From a virus: 64,000 nucleotides of DNA. The position numbers were made by a program, and so were the translations under genes. The stretch is from positions 64,001 through 128,000 of IMG/VR virus record IMGVR_UViG_3300020162_002681. One strand, 5' to 3'. This document shows positions 37,523 to 46,065 of this stretch, one piece after another. Within the stretch, counting starts at the first letter, position 1. Each line of letters opens with the position of its first letter. The notes under the pieces were generated by a model. It was not told the DNA's origin. It saw nothing but the letters and a program-made list of their open reading frames with translations, and made no database searches.

Positions 37523-38434
37523 TTATTTGTTGAAGTATGGTTTAATGTGCAAGTGCAGACCAAACAAACGCTTCAATTGGCGGTCAACGTAGGGCAAGTT
37601 ATTTTGGTAGACTCCTGCAATCTCAGAGATAACTGCAAAGTCCCGTTTAGGTTCGCCAGTCAAATCTACAGGGTCAGGATATAAGCCAAGAACTTCAGCA
37701 ACATCGATACCAACAATAGAGTTGATAGGTAGAGCTTGAGCAGCATTAGCAGCCAAAGTTACAACACGAACACCAGTGGTAGCATTTTCAGCACCAATTG
37801 CAAGAATCGTACCAAGAGGAGTGAGGTTGTTACCTAAGAAACCAGCTTCAGTGGTTTGAACTACGACTTGACCAGCAGCTCCTGTTGTTGCGAAGTAAAT
37901 ATCGTAACTATCGTCAGCGTAAATGGTAGCAGCAGCCGTCGAAGAGACTTGAGCGATTGTGATGCCAGCAGCCAACAGAGCAGCAGCATTAGCAGTGATA
38001 AAGTCAGCAACAGCACCAGCACCAGTTTGAGTAGCACCAACAGTAGCCGAGTAGGTCACACCAGCGATACGAGCAGTGATAACATCAGAAGTTGCAAAAG
38101 TACCGATGAACTTAACTAGAGCGTAGCAATGCTTTGCGTATAGAACGTCGCCCACTTTAAATTGAGAGCAAGGAGACTTGAGAGAAACAGAAGCCGAGTT
38201 AGTTGCGGTTGCAGCAGCAAGGCGAGTGCGAGGCAAGAAACGTGCGACTCTAGAGCCAGAGACACCAGTAGTAGCGATAAATGAACCTTCGGGAGCTACA
38301 GTCTTCCCTTCGGCATTAAGTAGGATATCGGCGCTATTAATCTGAACGGCATCGATTGCAACTTTCTTAGCTGCGGCGTTGAAGATAATAGCTCTACCGT
38401 TTTTGGTAATTGCTTGAGTTGTTAAATAAGTCAT
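37523..38434 (-). CDS. Head decoration protein
   Basis: Between scaffold and MCP; EGKTVAPEGSFI and GVYQNNLP motifs; A/T/G-rich insertion. Confidence 0.7.
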   Translation of the reverse strand: MTYLTTQAITKNGRAIIFNAAAKKVAIDAVQINSADILLNAEGKTVAPEGSFIATTGVSGSRVARFLPRTRLAAATATNSASVSLKSPCSQFKVGDVLYAKHCYALVKFIGTFATSDVITARIAGVTYSATVGATQTGAGAVADFITANAAALLAAGITIAQVSSTAAATIYADDSYDIYFATTGAAGQVVVQTTEAGFLGNNLTPLGTILAIGAENATTGVRVVTLAANAAQALPINSIVGIDVAEVLGLYPDPVDLTGEPKRDFAVISEIAGVYQNNLPYVDRQLKRLFGLHLHIKPYFNK

Positions 38435-38449
38435 TGTGTTTTATGCTCC

Positions 38450-39331
38450 TTATAGTCCGAAATCCAGACCCATAGCAATCAAGTCACCTTTGGCGGCTTC
38501 TTCAAGGCTAGATGAGAAATTAGCAGTTGCAACTTCTTCAGCACTAACACTGAAATCGGTGAACTGAGTAACATTAGCAATATTACGGAGCAAGCTATAA
38601 GCGAACTCCGACATATTAAGTTGTTCTTGCAAGTCACGCGCACCGTTAGTTTGAGCGATACCACTAAACTGAGCTACTCGTTGGCGAGGGTCAGAGAAGT
38701 TACCGATAAGAGCTTCCTTCATTGCTGGGGTAATAACACCATCAACAACGTCTTGGCTAATACGTGCGTTCAAGTCGCTCAACGCTTGGGAAAGTTGTGC
38801 TTCAAAGTTAGCTTGTGCAAAGTTAGCTTCAAGAGCTTCTTTTTCTGCGCGTAGCTTTTGAATTTCACTAACTACAGTCTTATTAAAGTTAGCTTGGATT
38901 GCGGGGTTATAAGCAGCCGCATAATCTGCTCCTTCTTGTGCCATATCTGGTTCTACGCCTCCTTCAGCGTCATCCGTATCATATTGAGCTTCTAGAGCTT
39001 GTTTATCCTGTTCTAAGACTCCATCAGCAACTTCGATAATTTGTTCAATATCTTCATCGTTAGCGTCAGGGAAAGCTCCAATCATTGCTTCGAGAATATT
39101 GACATCATCAACAATGTTTTCACCGCTAATGTAGCCAGTTACATCTTCTTCACTCAGTCCAGTAGATTGAACGAGAGCTTGAATACCAGCATCAATGTCG
39201 CCTTCATATTGGGCTTCAATTAAGTCTAGAAGTAATTCGCCAAAAGCATTGGTTGGATTGAGTTCGGTCATTTCCTGACCTGCCCCTTCCATACCAGCGT
39301 CCTGAGCGCCTAAATCTTGTTCTTCATCCAT
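38450..39331 (-). CDS. Capsid scaffolding protein with four ANF sites
   Basis: Very acidic coiled coil; DGVITPAM motif as in Mu-like protease/scaffold C-termini. Confidence 0.75.
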   Translation of the reverse strand: MDEEQDLGAQDAGMEGAGQEMTELNPTNAFGELLLDLIEAQYEGDIDAGIQALVQSTGLSEEDVTGYISGENIVDDVNILEAMIGAFPDANDEDIEQIIEVADGVLEQDKQALEAQYDTDDAEGGVEPDMAQEGADYAAAYNPAIQANFNKTVVSEIQKLRAEKEALEANFAQANFEAQLSQALSDLNARISQDVVDGVITPAMKEALIGNFSDPRQRVAQFSGIAQTNGARDLQEQLNMSEFAYSLLRNIANVTQFTDFSVSAEEVATANFSSSLEEAAKGDLIAMGLDFGL

Positions 39332-39362
39332 TTTTATTATTTTCGTTTTTTAGGATTAAAAC

Positions 39363-39398
39363 AATAATGCCACACTAATTTCTCAGCATGGCATTATT
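39363..39398 (-). terminator. Inverted repeat, probable terminator
   Basis: AATAATGCCA/TGGCATTATT 10-bp stem followed by GTTTT on the minus strand. Confidence 0.6.
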
Positions 39399-39421
39399 TA
39401 TGGTTTTTTCCCGTAAGTGGA

Positions 39422-41074
39422 TTATTCTATAGGAATGTTAGGAATTTTACCCCTTTCTTGGGGGTTTGGGTTGGTTTTTGCCATACCTTTATTTTTACTT
39501 CTCCAGTCTTGCAGTTGCTTTTGATTGAGTCCGTAGCCAGCCGCCGAACCAACTCCACGACCCACAGCTCCCCCAGCAGCACCTAGTCCAAGCACTTTAC
39601 CAGCACGCCCAACCAAACCTGTACTTCTGCGTTGCTCTTCTGTCTCATTAATCCCAGCTCCCTCAAGAACCCCCAAACCAGCACCTACAGCAGTACCTAC
39701 ATTAGCAGGGTTAATTTGTGGAGAGAGATTCATAAAACGTTTTGCAGTTCCAGCAGCAGCCTTTTGAGCGCCTTGAACCAGACCCGTAGGAATCATGCCA
39801 AATGATGCAGACTTACGAACTGTCTTATTGTAACGAGCTTCATCTTCCTTTTTTCTTAGCCCATTAGCGGCAAGCAATCCACCACCAGCAAGTGCAGTAC
39901 CACCAACTCCGATAGCAGCAAGTCGAGCAGCTTTATCAGTGTCAAGAACCTTGGCAGCACCTTGTAATGCATCGTAAGTACCAGCAGCCGCCTTGTTAGC
40001 TCCTCCATTGAGTCTAGAGCCAATAATAGGAATACCACCTAAAAATTTATCTGTGGTGTTGATTTTGCCAGCAGCCTTACGAACTGCTTTAGCTGCGGGT
40101 TGTGTGATATACTTACCTGCCGAGGTCAACGCACTGTTAATTTGTGCACCAATTCCAAAATTCGCTTCTTGTTGGTGTTTTAGGAAGTTTGCAGATTTGC
40201 GGATTTCTTTATTAAAGTACTTACCAGTTGGCTTGCCAGATTCAATCATCGAGTTGATGTCCTTAACTCCCATGCTTGCTGGGATTTTAGGTTCTCTCAA
40301 CTTCTTTTTCTGCATCTTACCTTTAAGTGTTGTTTCAAGGGTAACAACTCCAGTATTGTCTTGAGGGATATAGGTACTACCTTTTTGGATTAGTCTTTGA
40401 ATTGTAGCTGGGTCTTGGAAATTAGCCGCTTTGCGAATTGATTTGCTCATATCTATTGTTTGTCCATTAAGTCCTTGGTTAGTTGCTCCTGTTGGCTTGC
40501 GTCGAAACACATTACCAAAGAATTGCTTAGTTGTTTCAATGTCTTGTTGTGCTTTACCAGCAGCCCTGTCTAGAAGTGAAGGTTGACTACCACTAGACTG
40601 ACGTTGTAAATCTTCATTCATTCTAGCTTCACGTTGCTCTAGATTAGGATTAACAATCTTTTGAACTTCCTGCTTAACATTCTGAATTTCGTCACTTACA
40701 GCTCTTCCAGTATCTTTGACTACTTTAACTGCTTTACGGATGCCTCTAGGGTTAGCTGCTTCATGTTCAGCCACAACAGCTTCTCTACGTTGTAACTCTC
40801 TTTCTGGAGCTTTAGATAAATTGTAGCGATTAGCCGCATATCCAGCACCAGCCCCCAGTCCAGCACCTACAGTCGTGCTTGTCAGTACTTTACCTAAACG
40901 ATTGCCAACATTAGTAGCTTTCTTTTCTGCATCTGACTCCAGAACTCCAGAGCCTTGTAGCAATCCAACTCCAGCACCAACACCAGCACCAATTTTCACT
41001 GCGTTAGGGAGGGCAGAAAGGAGGGATGGTTTGGCAAACTCAGCTTTTTTTTGTAGTAGTGATTTTTTATTCAT
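39422..41074 (-). CDS. Modular internal-head/ejection polyprotein (two Gly-zipper hairpins, KTSC-like unit, hydrophobic helix) punctuated by AxF sites
   Basis: Likely start MNKKSLLQKKAEF at 41074 (TAATG overlap with the upstream stop); AEF, ANF x3 and ASF at module edges. Confidence 0.65.
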   Translation of the reverse strand: MNKKSLLQKKAEFAKPSLLSALPNAVKIGAGVGAGVGLLQGSGVLESDAEKKATNVGNRLGKVLTSTTVGAGLGAGAGYAANRYNLSKAPERELQRREAVVAEHEAANPRGIRKAVKVVKDTGRAVSDEIQNVKQEVQKIVNPNLEQREARMNEDLQRQSSGSQPSLLDRAAGKAQQDIETTKQFFGNVFRRKPTGATNQGLNGQTIDMSKSIRKAANFQDPATIQRLIQKGSTYIPQDNTGVVTLETTLKGKMQKKKLREPKIPASMGVKDINSMIESGKPTGKYFNKEIRKSANFLKHQQEANFGIGAQINSALTSAGKYITQPAAKAVRKAAGKINTTDKFLGGIPIIGSRLNGGANKAAAGTYDALQGAAKVLDTDKAARLAAIGVGGTALAGGGLLAANGLRKKEDEARYNKTVRKSASFGMIPTGLVQGAQKAAAGTAKRFMNLSPQINPANVGTAVGAGLGVLEGAGINETEEQRRSTGLVGRAGKVLGLGAAGGAVGRGVGSAAGYGLNQKQLQDWRSKNKGMAKTNPNPQERGKIPNIPIE

Positions 41075-41523
41075 TAGTTGTTCCAGTGATGTGCTACAGT
41101 ATTTCCGAGTAGACCTGTTACAGCACCTAATCCAGTATAGCTTGCTTGTTGACCTAAGCCTTTTAGACCAGCCCAACGTTGCAGTTTAGCGGATTCATAG
41201 TCAGCTTTAGATTGTGCTTTTTCGATTGCCGAAGCACGTTGCTTAGGGTCTTCAAGTTGTTGTGCAGCCTCCAGTTGAGCAGTTAAGGCTTGGTTGTGAC
41301 GCTCAGTGGGGTCAGCACTACGTCTCAGAGCTTTCGCTTTGGTTTGAGCAGCAGCAGCCCGACCTACTTCAGAGCCAGCAAGACCTCCTAAAGTAGTACC
41401 AAGATAATCACCAACACCTTCACTTACTAAGGCTGAAGGGTCGAAGAAGTTTGCAACCGCTTTATCGTATGCACGTTTGAACTGCGAGTAAGTTGAATTA
41501 TGTTTGCGAAAGAATTTAGCCAT
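41074..41523 (-). CDS. Gly-zipper/coiled-coil putative ejection protein with ANFFDP site
   Basis: KAVANFFDP then GVGDYLGTTLGGLAG, coiled coil, GLGAVTGLLG. Confidence 0.6.
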   Translation of the reverse strand: MAKFFRKHNSTYSQFKRAYDKAVANFFDPSALVSEGVGDYLGTTLGGLAGSEVGRAAAAQTKAKALRRSADPTERHNQALTAQLEAAQQLEDPKQRASAIEKAQSKADYESAKLQRWAGLKGLGQQASYTGLGAVTGLLGNTVAHHWNN

Positions 41524-41531
41524 ATATTTTC

Positions 41532-42860
41532 CTATTGTAATGCCTCCCAGTTAGCACGTTTTAATCCAGTCCTAAGTACTGACCTAACATCTCCATTGAG
41601 AACTGAATCAATAATTCTATTCTTGGAGTCATCATCGATAAACCTATTCTGAGCTTTGTTTAGCAGTCCTCGGCGCAGTTGCTTATCCTTAATACCATCA
41701 AGAGCAGCTAACTTCTGAGCTTCAAACACTTCACTCTGTTCATCTGCGGCTTTCTTTTTGTTGTAAATACCATAAGCTGCACTACCGATAGCTAGGCTAG
41801 GGGTAATGAAAGGGTCGAAGAAGTTGGCAGTCTTACTTGTACCTCTAGAGTATTTAGCAGTACCTTTAGGTTTAGCTTGTTGTTGTGCAGGAGTTAGTCT
41901 ATCAAGGGGATTGTCTGTAACACTAGCTAACAAAGGATTACCAGTAATATTAGCAGCCTCACGAATCAGATTATCTGCGTGGTACTGAGGACTGTCGAAA
42001 TAATTAGCCGCAAAGTCTTGGGCATTCTTATCTTTGAGGCTATTTACCTTGTAAGCATCCAACGCTCTTTGCTTATTGAGCTTAGATAACAAACCGTACC
42101 CAGCTACTAAGGTTCCCCCAACAGCAGCTAAAGGCAGAGCTTTTTCTTTTTTAACGAAGAAAGGATTGCGAACACCAATTTTAGGGAATGCAAAATTCGC
42201 TGGAGCCACTAAAGGCGCAGCACTGAAGAAATTGTAAGGTACTTTAGGCTGAGTAGATTGTTGTTGTGCTTGTCTTTGTTCCAATAGCAGATTCCTCTTT
42301 GCAATAATTTCAGCCACCTTATCTCGATGACCTTGTGCCTGTGCTTGCTTTTCTTGTTCGACTTCTTTGTTTTTGTTATTTTGGTATATGGCTGTACCTG
42401 CGGCGATAGGGGCAAGGGTCAGTCCTCCTAAAGTTCCGTAGATGGCATTCTCACCAAAGCCTCTATCAATCAACTTATTGGCGACATGATTGACGACAGG
42501 AGTGACCAGAGGAATTCCACCACCACCCGAAAATTTGTCCCGCAGTCTTTGAGTTTCTGCATCGGCAAGCGCAGCTCTCTTAGCAGCTACTCTTTGACCT
42601 TGAGCACTACCTATCTCTGCTTGTGTGGGAGGGACTACAGGAGGCGCAGGAGGATTTAATTCTTGCAACCTCTTGTTATATACATCTTTACCCTCGGCTT
42701 GCAATCTTTTTTGTGCGAGAAACTTCTCAGCCTCAGTCATTGCAGAAGGTACTGGGTTTGCAGTAGCTTGCAACCTTCTCTTCTGCCTCATCCCAGCATT
42801 ATAAATGAGAGCAGACTTCCCGCCTCTAGGATTTTGTCTCACAGCAAATTCGCTTAGCAT
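41532..42860 (-). CDS. Modular putative internal-head protein with three hydrophobic units
   Basis: MLSEF, APANF and KTANFFDP each open a unit containing a G/A-rich hydrophobic helix followed by a basic stretch. Confidence 0.6.
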   Translation of the reverse strand: MLSEFAVRQNPRGGKSALIYNAGMRQKRRLQATANPVPSAMTEAEKFLAQKRLQAEGKDVYNKRLQELNPPAPPVVPPTQAEIGSAQGQRVAAKRAALADAETQRLRDKFSGGGGIPLVTPVVNHVANKLIDRGFGENAIYGTLGGLTLAPIAAGTAIYQNNKNKEVEQEKQAQAQGHRDKVAEIIAKRNLLLEQRQAQQQSTQPKVPYNFFSAAPLVAPANFAFPKIGVRNPFFVKKEKALPLAAVGGTLVAGYGLLSKLNKQRALDAYKVNSLKDKNAQDFAANYFDSPQYHADNLIREAANITGNPLLASVTDNPLDRLTPAQQQAKPKGTAKYSRGTSKTANFFDPFITPSLAIGSAAYGIYNKKKAADEQSEVFEAQKLAALDGIKDKQLRRGLLNKAQNRFIDDDSKNRIIDSVLNGDVRSVLRTGLKRANWEALQ

Positions 42861-43876
42861 TTAGCTGCACTTCCTCTTACATACTTTTTGACAGTACCTT
42901 TCGATAGGTTAAACAGAGCCAACTTATTAGTCCCCCGCTTGTATGTGGTTTGTTGTTGTAACTGAGGGATAGTCATCCCACTCTCAGTCCCTCCTTGCAA
43001 CTGTGCTTGGGTCTGTGCCGCTTGGTCTTGAGGAGTCATTACCCCAGCCTGTGCTTGCTGATTCATTTGTTGCATCAACTGAGTCAAACCGAGTAGTTCG
43101 ATAATCTTGACGCTGAATCCATTCAATTGTGAGTAAATCAACTGCAATAGAACTTCGGGGCTGTCAATGTTAATCGCATCATTGTCGTAAGCGTTCTTGA
43201 GTAGGAGCCAAAGCTTTTGGCAGACATCATTGTACTCTTCTTGCAAGTCATCGATTTGTTGGTCACTAGCATCAAGCTCGTCCCAAGTTACAGCATTCGA
43301 GGAGTCTGGAATACCTGTAAAGTTAGCAGTCATTGCTTTGCTTACTTTCTTGTGGAAAAGCCCCATGTTAGGGATTGCTGGAATAGGTACTAGAGACAGC
43401 TCCATAATACGATGTTCATTTGGGTCAAGGTTTAATCCCATGCTGACGCTCTTAACACCACTACGCAATGCTTCGATTCCTTTGGCTGCTGCAACTTTAA
43501 CACCAGACAAGAACATTCCAAGCTTACCAACTAGATGCTGAGAATTTTGGTTAGGTAAATCTTCTTCTGTGATAACTTTGGTGTAAGCGCGTCCACTAAT
43601 GCTTCCGATAGTATTTGGAATATCTTTCTTGTGGTCTGCACAAACGGGAACGACAGTACCGCTATCAATAGCTCGATTAGTATGCTCAACGATTGTATTT
43701 AAACGTTCGGCACTAAAATCGTGTTCAATATCTGTAGAGTCGGTGAACTTACCCTCAGTGGCAACGAGTGCGGTATATTCACTTTTAATTGGAGTGCCAG
43801 ATACCAACACCTGCCCCAACTCAAAGTTGGCTCTTGATGCTGGGGCTTTAAAATAGGCGATGTTGGTTTTCTTCAT
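42854..43876 (-). CDS. Prohead protease (Mu gpI-like)
   Basis: ATEGKF..., VPVCADH, KSVSMG and ELSLVPIPAIPNM motifs; ANF on both sides of the catalytic domain. Confidence 0.8.
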   Translation of the reverse strand: MKKTNIAYFKAPASRANFELGQVLVSGTPIKSEYTALVATEGKFTDSTDIEHDFSAERLNTIVEHTNRAIDSGTVVPVCADHKKDIPNTIGSISGRAYTKVITEEDLPNQNSQHLVGKLGMFLSGVKVAAAKGIEALRSGVKSVSMGLNLDPNEHRIMELSLVPIPAIPNMGLFHKKVSKAMTANFTGIPDSSNAVTWDELDASDQQIDDLQEEYNDVCQKLWLLLKNAYDNDAINIDSPEVLLQLIYSQLNGFSVKIIELLGLTQLMQQMNQQAQAGVMTPQDQAAQTQAQLQGGTESGMTIPQLQQQTTYKRGTNKLALFNLSKGTVKKYVRGSAAKC

Positions 43877-43902
43877 TGTCAGTTAATAGGTCTTTAGATT
43901 AA

Positions 43903-44685
43903 TTATATACCAAACGCTTGCTTAGCTTTAGTTAGGTATGCTAATCTATCATCCCAACCATTTGTCCCACCATTTATGATGCGGGTGATACTCTCGAAAT
44001 CATCTGCATCTGCGTAATCATTTAGGTTTCGACTTGACCAGAACCACCCTGCACCAATAGGGGCAAGTTCGTCCGTTCCTAGCAACGAAGGGTTAGCTAC
44101 CAAGTTAATACCCTTGTACTTAGGGTCAAGGTCAAGGTAGTCAGTCAATTCCTGATAGTTAGCTCTCCCAGTTACTTGAATAAAACTGCGTCCTTTAAAA
44201 CGTACACCATCACCTTTATAATTATTGCCGAGGTCGCGCCGCCATTCGTAGTCAGCACCACTTGCATACTCTTCATTAGTATTGAAGCCGTCACTCTCAT
44301 GGGCAATTTGGGCTAAAAAATGACAAATACGAAGAGGTGTATTGATTCCGTACTTAAAAAGAGCTGCGTTGATTGGTTCGAGTATAGCTTCTATCCTTTC
44401 CCATCCAACATGTGTAGCAATGTTCCCTAGTTGCTCACGCGACAGAAAAAAAGGTTTGATGAATTTAGGGTCGTTAAGCTCAATGTGGAGTCTCCACGCA
44501 TACACGTAAACATTCTCAGCTACTTCAAGTTGTACATGACCATCATCAGTGTCACTCCAAGATAGAAACTCACCAACCTTTTGACCTTCAAGAAATTCGC
44601 GCTTCTCTCCTTCTTTCAACGCAGAGGATTGAAGCGGTTTTAGCTTGAACCAAGTGTTCTCTTTGATAGTTGCTATGTATTTCAT
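43903..44685 (-). CDS. Endolysin, glycoside hydrolase family 19, with cyanobacterial-type N-terminal domain
   Basis: FLAQIAHES, FKGRSFIQVTGRANY, ITRIINGGTNG; N-terminal TWFKLKPLQSSAL..EK. Confidence 0.92.
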   Translation of the reverse strand: MKYIATIKENTWFKLKPLQSSALKEGEKREFLEGQKVGEFLSWSDTDDGHVQLEVAENVYVYAWRLHIELNDPKFIKPFFLSREQLGNIATHVGWERIEAILEPINAALFKYGINTPLRICHFLAQIAHESDGFNTNEEYASGADYEWRRDLGNNYKGDGVRFKGRSFIQVTGRANYQELTDYLDLDPKYKGINLVANPSLLGTDELAPIGAGWFWSSRNLNDYADADDFESITRIINGGTNGWDDRLAYLTKAKQAFGI

Positions 44686-44689
44686 CTTT

Positions 44690-45103
44690 TTACTTGATGA
44701 GCTTCAAAAGGTTGAGAGGGTTCTTGACAACATCAACTACTTCTTGTGCATCATCAATCACATCTTGCACAGTATTCAGTGTAGTATCTACAACTACATT
44801 CACAGACTCATCTTTGCCTAGTGGCAAGCTGATTGTTTGGACTTCTGGGTTTTCAAGCACTTGCGATTTACTCTTCCCAAGAGGTTCCCAATTTGGCGTA
44901 TAAAGATTAGGCTCATTCTTCATTTTTTCAGCACTAACTCCAAGTCCCGCTAAAACTACAACTAGTAAATTCAAGTACTTATCTACTGTCCCGCCATTTT
45001 TAATGATGTCACTGATATTGGGGGTAGATGCAGTTATTAGACCTATTGCCAAAGAAATAAAAGTGTTGGTAGTGAACAGATTTCTAGGTTGAGGAGTAGA
45101 CAT
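44690..45103 (-). CDS. Putative holin
   Basis: Two hydrophobic segments; directly upstream of the endolysin. Confidence 0.55.
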   Translation of the reverse strand: MSTPQPRNLFTTNTFISLAIGLITASTPNISDIIKNGGTVDKYLNLLVVVLAGLGVSAEKMKNEPNLYTPNWEPLGKSKSQVLENPEVQTISLPLGKDESVNVVVDTTLNTVQDVIDDAQEVVDVVKNPLNLLKLIK

Positions 45104-45143
45104 GAGGGATACGCTATTATAGGTATATGGTCTTTATTTTATC

Positions 45144-45386
45144 ATGAACGACAAATTACTATTTAACCAGCAAGTCGGAGAGAAGCTGCGTAGCTTACGC
45201 AAGGCTAGGAATAAGTCTCAGGCTAGTGTTGCGGCAGATTTTGCTTTCGGGCAAGATGTTGTTAGTGAAATTGAGCGTGGGGTTAAAACAATTAGTGCAT
45301 TTGAGCTGGTAGCTTTCAGTGCATATTACGAAAAACCGATTACCTACTTCTTTATGAACTCGGCGCTACCCACTAAAAATTCTTAA
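45144..45386 (+). CDS. XRE/Cro-C1 helix-turn-helix regulator
   Basis: VGEKLRSLRKARNKSQASVA...VSEIERG...YFF. Confidence 0.9.
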   Translation: MNDKLLFNQQVGEKLRSLRKARNKSQASVAADFAFGQDVVSEIERGVKTISAFELVAFSAYYEKPITYFFMNSALPTKNS

Positions 45387-45957
45387 AATGTTTGAACGAA
45401 CTAGACATCGGTGCTATTTGAGGGGAACCTTTTCCACGTAATTTAGACAATACTCCGCCAGCACTTTTTATAGCTGCTAAACCTATCTTTGGCGCATCAT
45501 GAAAGTACATCTTAGGTCTTGTCACTATTTGCTTTTTAGCCGTCTCTAGTGCAGCTTTACCAGATTCCTGCATAACCTCTCTTGGCGTTAATTTACGTCC
45601 AAGCTGTTTACTTTTATCCGCAACTCCTCGAACATTTCGATAGGTTGCCGCCATACCATCAGCAATCGGATTTCCCCAGCCTTCACTATCACGCAACACA
45701 TGACCACCAGTTTCAAGTGCTGCCTTAGCAACTCGTTGTGGCAGCTTATCGCCAGCATTGGCTTGGTAAGTGTCTTTAGCTGTCTTTGCCCATTTAGGGA
45801 AGTTAGGGGCATTCATGGCTACGGGAAGTGCACTCATGTCACCAAAACTAGGATGATAACTATATACCGCATTTCTAGCTGCATCAAAAGCTGAAGGAAT
45901 ATCAACGTGTTGCAGAGCTTGAAGCCCCTCAAACATAAAGTCAGCTTGTCTGGTCAT
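45373..45957 (-). CDS. Basic protein with N-terminal QADF and C-terminal KHFKNF (putative head cargo)
   Basis: MTRQADF..., ends SSFKHFKNF*. Confidence 0.65.
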   Translation of the reverse strand: MTRQADFMFEGLQALQHVDIPSAFDAARNAVYSYHPSFGDMSALPVAMNAPNFPKWAKTAKDTYQANAGDKLPQRVAKAALETGGHVLRDSEGWGNPIADGMAATYRNVRGVADKSKQLGRKLTPREVMQESGKAALETAKKQIVTRPKMYFHDAPKIGLAAIKSAGGVLSKLRGKGSPQIAPMSSSFKHFKNF

Positions 45958-46065
45958 GGGTGTAAGTGTTGAAGCAAGTAAAGTAGCGCATAAAATAATC
46001 TCGCTAAGTTAATTCTATCAGGGTCGGGAGGAAAGACCAATAGAAAAAGTAGGGCTATACCTACA

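Noticed and set aside
41075-41176. N-terminal extensions in track ORFs 39422..41176, 34740..35366, 55492..56025 and 19352..19567
   Set aside because: They overlap upstream genes; downstream ATGs give tight coupling or sit behind a promoter motif
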